Source: an uncultured Bacteroidales bacterium (GTDB lineage: Bacteria > Bacteroidota > Bacteroidia > Bacteroidales > Paludibacteraceae). From it: a stretch of 36,205 nucleotides of DNA. The stretch spans positions 1-36,205 of the forward strand of contig ONXE01000001.1 of assembly GCA_900321775.1 (NCBI GenBank). The letters run 5' to 3'. Numbering within the stretch: position 1 is the stretch's first letter; every line of letters begins with the position of its first letter. The notes under the pieces are model-generated. The model saw nothing but the letters and a program-made list of their open reading frames with translations, was not told the DNA's origin and searched no databases. This document shows positions 7,901-16,577 of this stretch, piece after piece. The position numbers and the translations under genes are program-made.

Positions 7901-10900
7901 ATCGAGTCGTTGCGGTCGCCAATCTGGGTGTCGCCGTCGTAATACAGCAGATACCACACCAGCGCATCCCACGTCGCGGCTATCATGTTCTTCGCCCGCT
8001 GGTCCACGTTGGCGAAGTAATCCGTGAACAGCCACCAGCACAGCAGGAAGTTCAGGTTCAGGTACTGGCTCACCTCCGTTTTGAACTCGCTCGAGACAAA
8101 CGTGCTCACGTCGCTCGGTGTCGCGCCTGCCGGCACACAGTCCCTAATCCAGCCCCACAGACGCTTGAAGGCGTTTTTCTTCGCCGTCGGCGCATTGGCC
8201 CACTTCGTATCCTCGCCACCCGTCTTCGCCGGGTAGTTGAACTCCAGGGCGTTGTCAAACTCCGCTGCCGCCTGCGCGTCCAGGTCGCTCTGTCCCTGGA
8301 ACAGGCACAGCGGCTGCGTGTTGTTCAGGAACTCGAAGGCGATGGGTTCTGTCGGCGTGAAACCATCCACGCCTTCCATGCCGATGATAGCCTGCCAGTC
8401 GCTCTTGTCGTGGTTCAGGTTGTACTGGCCGTAGTAGGTCGGCGTGTCCTCCAGGCTCTCTGCCGAGAACACGTCGATAGGAAAACCGTCCACGGCTGTC
8501 CTCACGTTGCTGTCCACCTGCTGAGGCGGGGTCAGGAACCCCAGCGACTTCATCAGGTTGTTCCACAGCTTCGCGCCGCCGGTGTTCTGAGCCATTGACG
8601 AGTCTGAGTAGTCAGCCTTGGCACAAAGGATCTTCACTTTCTTCTGTCCCACGCGCAGGGCGATCTTCAGTTCCGTCTGCTTCACGCCGTTGATATACAT
8701 CTCCGGATTCTCTCCCTTCGCGCAGTAGATGCGGTAGTTCTTCGTCGGGTATTTCGTCGAGCTCGTGCCCTGGATTCTGATATATACGTTGTGCAGGTAG
8801 ATGTACCGTCCGTCCGGAAGCCACAGGTGCACGTCGGCAAGGAAGTCGGTCTTCTTGTTGTTCTCGGCGTTCACAGGGTCCAGTCCGCCCTGGCGCACCA
8901 CGAGCATGATGCCCTTGCCCTTGTTACGCAGTTTCTGGAAGTCGATGCTCCGTCCGTCCTCGCCCAGCACGTCGTTCTCTTCAAACAGGGCGGCCATCTC
9001 GTCCAGCGTCTGGCGGTTCACGATGTGGTTGTCCATTTCCTCGTCGTCGCTCAGCGCACGGTCATACACATGCACCGTCCGCACCTCCACGTCTGCACCC
9101 GTGCTGTCCAGCGTGATTCCCTTCGGCGTGTCCTGCATGAAGTTGTCGCTGTCACCGTAGATGTCGGCAGCGCAGCGCGTACCGTTCACGTAGAGTTCCA
9201 TCAGGCGCCCTTCTGAGCGCTTGCCAATCACGAAAGCAATCTTCACCCACATATCCTGACCGTACTGGCGGCCAACGCCCACGGGCTGGGTGGTCTTGTT
9301 GCCGTCCTCGTCCTCCACCTCCTTCGTCGAGCCGGTGTACATCATGGCCTTGTCTGCCGTGATCTGGAAGCCCTTCACTCCGTCCAGGCAACTCACCACG
9401 TCGCTCTCCTTGTCCGTGATGTTGCTCACCTTCAGTTCCACCTCAAACGTGCGGCCCGTCGTGGCGGCATCCTGCGTGAAGGGCTTGAAGTCGATGTAGG
9501 CTTTCGCGCCGTTCATCAGCTTCAGCGACTCGCCGGTCCACCCGCTCGTCTGCCAGTCCACGTTCTCGAAGGTGGTCTTCACCTCGCCGTGCTCCCAGTG
9601 CACGGGGTCGCTCTCGCCGTTGCTCCTGCCGGCGGCGCTCAGCTTCAGCCGCAGGTCAAGGGTCGCTTCCTCCACGTCGATGCTGCTCTTGCTCACGTCG
9701 ATATAGAACGGGTATTCCGTCGCGCCGCTCACCAGTTTCATGGTCTGTGCGCCCTGCTCCGTGAAGCGGTTGGCGTAGGTCTGGGTGCTACGGGGAACCG
9801 ACACGTCCTGCACCTTCTCCCCGTTCTGCCACACACTCATCGGGGCAGGGGTAACGCCTGCGTCATACACGGCATACTCGAAGGTCAGCTGCTCATACTG
9901 TCCGGCTGCCAGACGTGGGGTGCGGTGGTCTGTCGTGAAGATGCGTCCGTCCTGGAACGTGTGCTTCGTGCCGATCAGCGGGGCACTGCTGCCGGCCTTG
10001 AAGATGTCCATGTAGATGCTCTCGCTCCTCAGCGTCAGGTCGGCGCTGGCATCCATCTCGGCCACCATCTGCACCGTGTGACGGCCTATGGTCAGTCCGC
10101 TCATCGGTATCGTGAAACTGCCGTTAGTCGCGCCGCTCCTGGTCACGGTCGCAGTCTCGTACTGGCTCCCGTCCACATACAGGGTGACGACCTTCGTGCC
10201 GGTGCCCTGCACGGTGTAGGGGATGACCGCGCTTTCCGTCGAGCCGTAGCCGCCGGTGCTCAGACCGCTGCTCAGGCTGTAACTGCTCTGCAGGCTCAGG
10301 TTCACCACCTTCACGTTCGCATACGCCTGCTTCGTCTGTGTCTTGCCCGTAGTCGGGTCGGTGGTCGTCGCCTTCACGTAGATGTCGGTCGTGCCCACCT
10401 GCAGGTATTTGCTCACATCCAGCGTGTAGGTGCCTTTGCTCACGTCTTCCGTCGTGACGCTGTAGGCAAGGATGGAGCCTCGAAGCACCCTTATCTCCAC
10501 CGTTGCCTTCTGCCCTGTTGTCTGGCCTGCATCATCGCCGCTGGTATATTGATGGTCATAGCTCCACGTCAGCACGCAGTTCCCGCCTTCTTTGATGATG
10601 CCCTGGTTCACGCTTGCGCCCAGCACAATCTTCGTCGCCTGGGTGTCGCCGCCGCCACCGCCACCGCCGGCTGCCAGCGTGAACTGGGTAATGGCCGCAC
10701 CGCTCTTGTTCTTCAGCGTCACCGTCTGGGTGCCGTCGTCGCCTTCCTCCACGTCGCTGTCAAACAGGGTCGCACTCTCTATCTCGTTGAACTTGCCAGC
10801 AACGGCGCGGTTCTCCACAGGGTTCGTGCTCTGGGCATCCAGGCTCGCATCCACCGTCAACTCGTCCACCGTCAGGTCTATGTTGCCTTGGGCGTCGGGG

Positions 10901-11826
10901 GTCTTCTTCTGACCGTTCAGCGTCACGCTCTTCACCGTGCCGCCACCGCCGAAGTCGTCCCAGCTGCTCTCGCTCTCCCAACTGGTCAGGCTGGTACCCA
11001 CAAACTGCTTCGTCTGCCACTTGCCCTGGCTCACCTCGAAGGTCACACATGCGCCTTTCACGCGCTTCTTCTCCTCCACGGCTCTGATGGCGGTGGCAAG
11101 GGTGTAAAAGCCATTGTCCAGCGGATAGGTCTCCGTCACGTTGATGGTATTGCCGCCGCCGGTGCCGCTGGCCTCCACAAGGGCATTATCTTCGTCGCTC
11201 CAGGCATAGAGTGTGTCGCCCTGCAGGTAGAGTTTGTCCTTCCTGATGCCTATCGGGTCAGCGGTCAGGTCGTTGTACATTTCACAACCTTTCCAAGACA
11301 TGCTGTATCTTGTGCCATTCTTGCCGACAAACAGTTTCTTCGCCGTCACATAGTAGATGGCATCCACACTGGTGAAGCTCTGCTCCGCCAGCGTCACGTC
11401 ATCCAATATGCCGGCAAAACGGGCTGTGGCACCGTTCCGAGCCAACACTGCCACGTCCTCATATTGTTCCACCACGGCTTCGGCTGCTTGTGTGGCTTGC
11501 TCCGTCGCTTCTTTCGCATCCGTGGCCGCTTGTGCCGCCGTCTGTGCCGCCTGAGCCTTTGCGTCGGCATTGCCCGCGGCGGTGTTGGCGGTTCCGGCTG
11601 CTCCTTCTGCCGCTGCTTTCGCTGCCAGTGCCTGCGCTGCCGCATCGGTAGCCGGCTTGCCCAGCAGACTTACAGGCGCACTCACCAGTTCCGTGCCGCG
11701 AAGCGCGGGCAGGGTCTTCACCCCGTCAAGGCTCGACACTTCCTCCAGTTCCGTCACGCCCTGGCTCTCGCTCTTGATGGCGTTCAGCACTTCCTGCTTG
11801 ATTTCTTGTTTCTCTTGCTCTGTCAT
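4945..11826 (-). CDS. Giant multidomain tail fibre / receptor-binding protein, DGR target (C-type-lectin-fold-like variable C-terminus)
   Basis: 2293 aa. Ala/Gln-rich N-terminal coiled region. LamG/ConA-like segment (...LMELYVNGTRCA...VRTVHVYDRALSDDEEM). CotH-like segment (IRIQGTSSTKYPTKNYRIY...AKADYSDSSMAQN...YYGQYNLNHDKSD). Leucine-rich repeats (LNKCKVLRVLDLQTN...LKTLDARGVN...LRLEYLPDL). VR lies in the last ~60 aa. The gene follows the Tal-like tail gene. Confidence 0.85.
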   Translation of the reverse strand: MTEQEKQEIKQEVLNAIKSESQGVTELEEVSSLDGVKTLPALRGTELVSAPVSLLGKPATDAAAQALAAKAAAEGAAGTANTAAGNADAKAQAAQTAAQAATDAKEATEQATQAAEAVVEQYEDVAVLARNGATARFAGILDDVTLAEQSFTSVDAIYYVTAKKLFVGKNGTRYSMSWKGCEMYNDLTADPIGIRKDKLYLQGDTLYAWSDEDNALVEASGTGGGNTINVTETYPLDNGFYTLATAIRAVEEKKRVKGACVTFEVSQGKWQTKQFVGTSLTSWESESSWDDFGGGGTVKSVTLNGQKKTPDAQGNIDLTVDELTVDASLDAQSTNPVENRAVAGKFNEIESATLFDSDVEEGDDGTQTVTLKNKSGAAITQFTLAAGGGGGGGDTQATKIVLGASVNQGIIKEGGNCVLTWSYDHQYTSGDDAGQTTGQKATVEIRVLRGSILAYSVTTEDVSKGTYTLDVSKYLQVGTTDIYVKATTTDPTTGKTQTKQAYANVKVVNLSLQSSYSLSSGLSTGGYGSTESAVIPYTVQGTGTKVVTLYVDGSQYETATVTRSGATNGSFTIPMSGLTIGRHTVQMVAEMDASADLTLRSESIYMDIFKAGSSAPLIGTKHTFQDGRIFTTDHRTPRLAAGQYEQLTFEYAVYDAGVTPAPMSVWQNGEKVQDVSVPRSTQTYANRFTEQGAQTMKLVSGATEYPFYIDVSKSSIDVEEATLDLRLKLSAAGRSNGESDPVHWEHGEVKTTFENVDWQTSGWTGESLKLMNGAKAYIDFKPFTQDAATTGRTFEVELKVSNITDKESDVVSCLDGVKGFQITADKAMMYTGSTKEVEDEDGNKTTQPVGVGRQYGQDMWVKIAFVIGKRSEGRLMELYVNGTRCAADIYGDSDNFMQDTPKGITLDSTGADVEVRTVHVYDRALSDDEEMDNHIVNRQTLDEMAALFEENDVLGEDGRSIDFQKLRNKGKGIMLVVRQGGLDPVNAENNKKTDFLADVHLWLPDGRYIYLHNVYIRIQGTSSTKYPTKNYRIYCAKGENPEMYINGVKQTELKIALRVGQKKVKILCAKADYSDSSMAQNTGGAKLWNNLMKSLGFLTPPQQVDSNVRTAVDGFPIDVFSAESLEDTPTYYGQYNLNHDKSDWQAIIGMEGVDGFTPTEPIAFEFLNNTQPLCLFQGQSDLDAQAAAEFDNALEFNYPAKTGGEDTKWANAPTAKKNAFKRLWGWIRDCVPAGATPSDVSTFVSSEFKTEVSQYLNLNFLLCWWLFTDYFANVDQRAKNMIAATWDALVWYLLYYDGDTQIGDRNDSMLAYLYNVTRETWDSDKNKYAFEGHDSWLWCLVLANFKDEIKAMATTMREKLTEELVNQMFDEEQQGNWCGRAYNKSGEIKYIKPQTEGVQTKTGIVKYPYIYALKGDKQAFRHWFIQNRFALLDAKYETGNYLSDNIDMYMSRQATEAANTIVVKASELYYFGYGTNNAPHLQPSEEAKKGGTVTLVFSNAFTVNDPIRIYGASRIAELNMEGAANNLTGDLNLNKCKVLRVLDLQTNGSGSTGWCLVLDQCRQLTDVNLYGQASAKTGTLSSTELDFRNQTRLKTLDARGVNVQAVLFAQGCPLTTAKLGSNIQTLRLEYLPDLKESGLTLQNWRTVKTLRYAGCPNISWQSMISKCVNVERVRIEGISVEDDGTLLNRYKNLKGVDASGNAVDYCALVGTVQLTSYMDDEDYAAMQARYPELTILQPDYSMLEFDDTVSDDANVSNLDNGTGYKFGTDYVASGHVLALLKRRYRCLAKVTKKPTSRNITHAGVATTQNNGDGEATIYPLHAENSNYYADAQELKNCSAAKLDSTEGDWMMYEPHRWFKGVNDYLNGKHYACWSSNERMPKKPDCDIVTLDEIKDAGDYRNNYKIMSGKETLAQSYTADNSYAVCRVGVSGYKKVRFPSVPGTNLVCAVFTDSAGLVVGTVVVSTLGSKFVAGMYLIADVPANAVALNFSILKTAEFDMVVLSNSTKIEDMEPDWVEVEPYLCAVVGSSVVGDKLRACITGGSTAASMTWTDFHFYSAQRGMQQIDGLMHNDIANLFFAKYGRRDSQMQCGAGQNSNTRTTGGTAKIGMQDTVNTNGTTVGGVEGNGKAFYKETNTDGETVFYQLNNTNCLGYEDIYGHKYDMMDCVDVPNDSGNGGKWRYLMPDGTYRRVKGVEATGWINGVTHGKYMDVVPAAASGSSTTYYCDYYYYSGSTGRVVYRGNNHAYANGGVSCAYAFSDASSSHAYVGSRLAFRGKIVVAESVAAYKAAVEVA
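5013..5125 (-). repeat. DGR variable repeat (VR) at the 3' end of the tail-fibre gene
   Basis: 103/113 identical to TR. Mismatches are at VR 5031, 5037, 5042, 5054, 5057, 5058, 5064, 5069, 5091 and 5097, all opposite plus-strand T (coding-strand A) in TR. It encodes GRVVYRGNNHAYANGGVSCAYAFSDASSSHAYVGSRL. Confidence 0.95.
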
Positions 11827-11828
11827 AG

Positions 11829-12110
11829 TTAATCCTCCTTATTGTTCAGGTTCAACTGCTCGTGAAGTCCGTCGATAGCGGGACCCGTGCCAAGACGCTC
11901 CACTATTCCACATAGCGTACGGACTTCCTCTTCTGTGTAGTCAATGGCACCTTCGCTCTCATACACTTTATGGGCAAGCGAATGACCACGCATTCCTATG
12001 GTATTGCGATATATGAGGTCTGCAATACCTTCACGGGCATCTACAGTCGTTTTTTGTCTGTGGGCGATGCCGTCCCACATCTCAAATTGCTGAAAATTGA
12101 TTTTTGCCAT
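11829..12110 (-). CDS. Hypothetical protein between the Tal-like gene and the DGR target
   Basis: 93-aa ORF, tightly packed (2-nt gap to the next start), protein-like composition. No motif recognised. Confidence 0.5.
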   Translation of the reverse strand: MAKINFQQFEMWDGIAHRQKTTVDAREGIADLIYRNTIGMRGHSLAHKVYESEGAIDYTEEEVRTLCGIVERLGTGPAIDGLHEQLNLNNKED

Positions 12111-12122
12111 TGCTGTGTATTT

Positions 12123-15100
12123 TTAGTTGTTGTTCGTATATCCTGCACACCAGAGTTTGTTCACTCTGTCCCAGACGAGAATCACAAAACATCCAGAATT
12201 TACAGTCCAAGACTGTTTCCTGTTTGTTCGCCCGTCATTGATATTATGGCTGGAGTCGCCAACCTGTAGGGTATAACTGCCCGAAGACATCTGCTTGAAC
12301 ATATAAATCTGACCTTCTTTCGGGTTAGCAGGAAGGGTCAGGGTAATATTCTCGCTGCCTACTGTCAGTATCACGCCGTCATAGTCGCTCAGCGTCTGGT
12401 TCTTGCTTACTCGACGGGTGCGAAGACGGAAACCGCAAATGTCACCGTCGGCAATATACAGGGCATGATTGCCGGTGAAGGGCATGTCATCCCAACTTTT
12501 TGCACCAGTCGCGCTGATATGGATTCCTATATTTGAGTATATTTTGATACCGTCATCACCATCGTCACGCTCCACGCTAACACGCATCGGGCACGACCAA
12601 GAGCCGCCGGAAGATGGGGGGACGGTATCGGCTCCTATATAGACACTATTGTTCGTGCCGTTAGTGTCCGTGAAACGCAACAGATCGCTGCTAAGATACA
12701 TTTCACTGCCATCGTAGTCTTGCGATACCAGAGAATGAGAACTTATGGCGAAACCGCCTATCGTTCCACTGCTGGCATTGATTTCTCCTGTGAACTTACC
12801 ATTCACAGCCTCGATGCTGCCGTCTTCCTTAATCTTGAAATTCTGGTTTGCTGTCACCAGTCCCTCCAGTTTGATGTTGTCAGCGGTCAGCTTAATCACC
12901 GTCCGCGTCTGTTCCTGACCCTCCTCGTCGGTGTAACTTTCCTCCACGCCAACGCCTATCAGTGCCAGTTTCCCGTCGGGACCCTGGGCATAGATGCCGG
13001 TGCCCTCGGCTTTCACCATAATGCCGCTCTCAGCAAGCACGTTGCCGTTCTGGTCGAAGTTCTGGGCGGCTATCTTCACCAGCTTCTCACTCTGCTCGAA
13101 CAGCGTCCGGTACTTATACGTCAGGCTCTCAATCTTGTCTGTGCTCAGTATGAGCATATACAGGTAGATGTCGCCAGTGAAACTCAGTTTGAAGTCGCCT
13201 GTGCCGTTCCACAGCCCGTTGCAGGTGTACTGCTTGTAGCCGTCGGTCACTGCCAGTTCTTCCTCCACGTCCATAGAGTTGAAGTTCTCGAAGCCAGCCT
13301 TGTCAACACCCTCGAAACGCACCTTCAGCGTGCCAGCCTCCGCGCAGCGGTACAGGAAACTCAGATATACCGGCTTCGCCTCCTTCTGTCCCGTCGTCGG
13401 GTTCGTCTCCATCGTCGGCTTGCTGCGCAGGTTCGCGTTCTTCTGGGTGATATACTTGTTCTTGATCCTGACCACCACACGACCGTCGTCTTTCGTCACG
13501 CTTGCACCGTCGCCTTTCTTGGTCAGCACGTTCTCGTTGGCCCAGATCCATTTGTTACCAACCAGCCAGAACACTGTCTCGTTCTCCGTCAGCCACTTGC
13601 TCAGCCCCTCGTCAAAACTGGGGTTGTTCAGGTAGCCTCTGTCAATGGCAAAGTCCTGGCGCAGCGCACTCACGCTACTTGCTATCTTGCCCTCAGTTAT
13701 CTCAAACTTTGTCTTGATGTCTTCGCCCGTTACCAACAGGAACGTGCCGCGCAGGTAGGCGTTGTCGCTGTACAGGCCGTTGCCGTGGGGCTGGTTGTCT
13801 GCCGGGAACCAGTCATCCTTGATGCCGTCCAGGTTGCCCAGACGCGCACGCAGGCAGTCCGTGAAGTTCTTCGCCTTCACACCGTCCATCACGTCTATGC
13901 GAGGCTGGCCGTCCTCGGTGGCTGATATAAGTATCAGGTTCTGGCGCAGCGCGTTCTCGGTGTTGCCCATCAGCACCACCTCGTCGGCTTCAGCCGGAAG
14001 ACTGGCGTCAAACTCACTCGTTTCTACCAGTACCGAATTGCCGTCAACTGCAGCCACCTCCACCCAGTACGATTTCAGGTTGCCGCCTGTGAAGGTCTGG
14101 CTGCGCATCAAATCGTGTGCCTGGAAGGTATTCTCTTGCTCGAAGGTGATCTTGTAGTAGCCGTCCACCTCCTCCACGGTCTTTATTTTTCCATTGGCGG
14201 CACTCACCACAATCTGACCGCCAACGCTACGGATTTTCTCTACCAGCAGTTCAAACACGGTCATCACCTGGCGCACCGTCAGTTTGTCGATGGTCAGGTT
14301 AGCCAGTTCCTGCTCATCTATCCACAACTGCCATCCCTCACCGCCGAAGCCGTCCACGAACCTCGCGCTGCGCAGCAGTTGGCGCACCACCAGCGTCAGC
14401 AGTTCGGCATTGCCCTGGCCGTCGATATGGCCGCCTCGTGAACCGGCTTCAAAGTCGCCAGCCTCGATGCCCTCGTCGAAGATGATCTTTTTCTTGGCCC
14501 TGTCTGCAGTGTTCTTGCTCAGGAACTCCTTGTGCGTCCGCCGCGCGCTGTAGATGTTGTTGTCCGTCGGCTTTGTCTCGTCCCAACTCCTGATAAGGTC
14601 GGGGACGTTCACCGCACCCAGTATGCTGCCGGCATAACTCTTCGCGTCGCTGATGGCATCGTCTATCTTATCCAGTGTTCCGCTACTCAGTGCGTCGCTA
14701 ATCTCCAAGTCCATCTGGCTTGGTAGGTTCACGCTCCGGCTTATGCGTGTGATTCGGCTCTCTCTGTAGCCCAGCCTCGGAAAATACTCCTGACTCTTCA
14801 GGCGCACACGTCGCCCGACCTCCAGTTCCGTGCCGGTGTCCTCTATCCACACATGGTCGGTCGGCGCCTTGTAGCGGCTCACGTCCTGGGTGTGCTTGCG
14901 GTTGTATTCCTCCACAGCGCTCTGGAACTCGGTCTCGGCAAGCGTGTAATACTCGTCCGGCATCCGGATGTTCCACAGAATATACTTGTCACCGGGCTTC
15001 GGTACCAACGTGTCGCCGGGCAACTGCCGGTCGTCATCGTAGGGCCATATCGTGATGATCTCAAACTCGCGTGTCTCGCTGTCGAAGTTCACCTCAAAGT

Positions 15101-16085
15101 AGTGGTCATTGTCCGTCCCCAGTCCGGCAAGTTCTGAGCCCTCCTGAAAACTCACGTGTTTCACCAGACCGCCTATCTCGTAGGCGTTCGGGTCAAACGT
15201 CAGGCCGTTGTCCTTGAAGTAGTAGATGGTATAGGGCTTGCCGTCGCTGTCCTGCACCTCTCTCGAGCGCACGCTGCTCACCACACCGACCCGCCGTGGA
15301 TAGATGCCGCTGAAGGCTTCCTGCTCATAGTGGTGTATGACACCGTATTTCTGCACAAGGTCGCCCATGTCCACATACTTCGCACCGCCGGGCAACTGCA
15401 GTCGGCTTGCGCCATAGCGCTCCCTGTCGATGTTCCGGCTGCTGCCTATCGGGAACAGCCGCGTGTAGAACTTCACGTTGTCGGCCTTGTCCTGCTCCAG
15501 GCTGGTCAGCCCCTCGCCGTAGCCAAGCACAACCGCGCTGCCCCACTCACAGCGGCTCAGGTTCAGCGTCTCGCCGTCAAACCACCATTCCACGCCTACC
15601 GTCTCGGCAAGTTCTTTCAGGGCTTCATCGCAGTATTTGCCTTCGTAGTTGATCACCACGTTATCGGTGCCTTCCACGCTGCCCACCTTGAAGTTCGTTG
15701 TCTGGTCCATGCCGTCGTTGATGCACTTCACTATCAGGCGCACATGATCCACGGGACGGGCGGTCAGCGTGAACACTGCCTCGTTATCGCCGTCCGTGTT
15801 GTTCAGTACCAGAAAACGCTTGATAAGGCTCTCTATGCCGTACAGCTTCAGACTGTACTCCCATTCCACGCTGCTCTTTTCCGCAGGCTCGTATTTCTCC
15901 ACGGCCCAGTAACGCTCACCGCCGAAGTCCACGTAGTCATTCACGTCGATGGCCACATGCTCATACAGCGTGAAGCCCAGGCTCAGCACATTGTCTGCCT
16001 GAACCTCCTTGTCCTGCGTACTGCTGTCGTTGGCTTGCAGTTCCGCTTTCTCATTGCCGTACTGGTCATATAGTGTTAGAAGCAT
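12123..16085 (-). CDS. Large tail tip protein (Tal-like / phage minor structural tail protein)
   Basis: 1320 aa, located TMP - small Dit-like - this gene. The N-terminus (MLLTLYDQYGNEKAEL...GGERYWAV...YSLKLYGIESL...VGVEWWFDG) resembles the siphophage tail-endopeptidase/Tal N-terminal domain. Confidence 0.7.
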   Translation of the reverse strand: MLLTLYDQYGNEKAELQANDSSTQDKEVQADNVLSLGFTLYEHVAIDVNDYVDFGGERYWAVEKYEPAEKSSVEWEYSLKLYGIESLIKRFLVLNNTDGDNEAVFTLTARPVDHVRLIVKCINDGMDQTTNFKVGSVEGTDNVVINYEGKYCDEALKELAETVGVEWWFDGETLNLSRCEWGSAVVLGYGEGLTSLEQDKADNVKFYTRLFPIGSSRNIDRERYGASRLQLPGGAKYVDMGDLVQKYGVIHHYEQEAFSGIYPRRVGVVSSVRSREVQDSDGKPYTIYYFKDNGLTFDPNAYEIGGLVKHVSFQEGSELAGLGTDNDHYFEVNFDSETREFEIITIWPYDDDRQLPGDTLVPKPGDKYILWNIRMPDEYYTLAETEFQSAVEEYNRKHTQDVSRYKAPTDHVWIEDTGTELEVGRRVRLKSQEYFPRLGYRESRITRISRSVNLPSQMDLEISDALSSGTLDKIDDAISDAKSYAGSILGAVNVPDLIRSWDETKPTDNNIYSARRTHKEFLSKNTADRAKKKIIFDEGIEAGDFEAGSRGGHIDGQGNAELLTLVVRQLLRSARFVDGFGGEGWQLWIDEQELANLTIDKLTVRQVMTVFELLVEKIRSVGGQIVVSAANGKIKTVEEVDGYYKITFEQENTFQAHDLMRSQTFTGGNLKSYWVEVAAVDGNSVLVETSEFDASLPAEADEVVLMGNTENALRQNLILISATEDGQPRIDVMDGVKAKNFTDCLRARLGNLDGIKDDWFPADNQPHGNGLYSDNAYLRGTFLLVTGEDIKTKFEITEGKIASSVSALRQDFAIDRGYLNNPSFDEGLSKWLTENETVFWLVGNKWIWANENVLTKKGDGASVTKDDGRVVVRIKNKYITQKNANLRSKPTMETNPTTGQKEAKPVYLSFLYRCAEAGTLKVRFEGVDKAGFENFNSMDVEEELAVTDGYKQYTCNGLWNGTGDFKLSFTGDIYLYMLILSTDKIESLTYKYRTLFEQSEKLVKIAAQNFDQNGNVLAESGIMVKAEGTGIYAQGPDGKLALIGVGVEESYTDEEGQEQTRTVIKLTADNIKLEGLVTANQNFKIKEDGSIEAVNGKFTGEINASSGTIGGFAISSHSLVSQDYDGSEMYLSSDLLRFTDTNGTNNSVYIGADTVPPSSGGSWSCPMRVSVERDDGDDGIKIYSNIGIHISATGAKSWDDMPFTGNHALYIADGDICGFRLRTRRVSKNQTLSDYDGVILTVGSENITLTLPANPKEGQIYMFKQMSSGSYTLQVGDSSHNINDGRTNRKQSWTVNSGCFVILVWDRVNKLWCAGYTNNN

Positions 16086-16109
16086 ATTCTAATGACGTTT
16101 TAATATCGT

Positions 16110-16574
16110 TTATATAATGGGTTCGGGTTCCTTGAACGTCACCTTGTAACGTCCTGCCTGCACACCCTCCTTCCACAGATAGGTCAGGCTCCGGAACTGG
16201 GTGCTCGACGAATAATACATGCGCAGGGTCAGTCCGAGGGAGGGGAAACGCACCGTCAGCCAGCCGTTCTCGCCCGTCTTCAGGAACTGGATGAACGCCT
16301 GGTACTTCTGCAGCCACTCCGTCCTCGTCTGCGCATATTGGGCAAAGTGAAGCGTCACCTCGCGCTCCTGGTTCGCCACCGTCAGCGTCCGGGAGTATTT
16401 CTTGCCGTTAGCCTCCCTGATGTCAACACCTACGTGCGTCTTCGTCTTGCTCGGCGTGAGGATGGCGTTCAGGTTATCCCTGCCGCCTTTCTTCTCCTCC
16501 GTCAGGAACACGCCGTACTCCTGCCAGATGTCGGTGCCGTTAATCAGCACCTGTCCTGATAGTATATGTGCCAT
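16110..16574 (-). CDS. Distal tail protein (Dit) candidate
   Basis: 154 aa, immediately downstream of the tape measure gene (3-nt gap). The call is from synteny only. Confidence 0.45.
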   Translation of the reverse strand: MAHILSGQVLINGTDIWQEYGVFLTEEKKGGRDNLNAILTPSKTKTHVGVDIREANGKKYSRTLTVANQEREVTLHFAQYAQTRTEWLQKYQAFIQFLKTGENGWLTVRFPSLGLTLRMYYSSSTQFRSLTYLWKEGVQAGRYKVTFKEPEPII

Positions 16575-16577
16575 AAT

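Noticed and set aside
6220-8598. 792-aa plus-strand ORF (likewise 9589-11832, 747 aa, and smaller plus-strand ORFs between 5165 and 11878)
   Set aside because: They lie antisense to the 2293-aa tail-fibre gene. The translations are Arg/Val/His/Leu-rich low-complexity strings typical of shadow ORFs on the opposite strand of a GC-rich, codon-biased gene. The minus-strand product has recognisable domains.
10647-10670. GCC/ACC-rich simple repeat
   Set aside because: It simply encodes the (Gly)7 linker of the tail fibre on the minus strand. It is not a CRISPR, an SSR switch outside coding sequence, or a TR-like element.
11829-12110. 93-aa ORF upstream of the DGR target considered as a displaced Avd
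   Set aside because: No resemblance to the Avd/S23-like four-helix pattern that I can recognise. Its position (upstream of the target start) is not the canonical one. It is kept as hypothetical.
12720-13925. 401-aa plus-strand ORF (also 15156-16073, 16566-17423, 19695-20855, 23976-24848, 34427-35254, 35493-36158, and minus-strand 26424-27104)
   Set aside because: All are antisense to longer ORFs with recognisable phage functions and have shadow-ORF composition.
16066-16317. 83-aa minus-strand ORF overlapping the Dit-like gene
   Set aside because: It is out of frame within 16110-16574 and bridges into the Tal-like gene start. The composition is Pro/Gly/Arg-rich. It is considered spurious.
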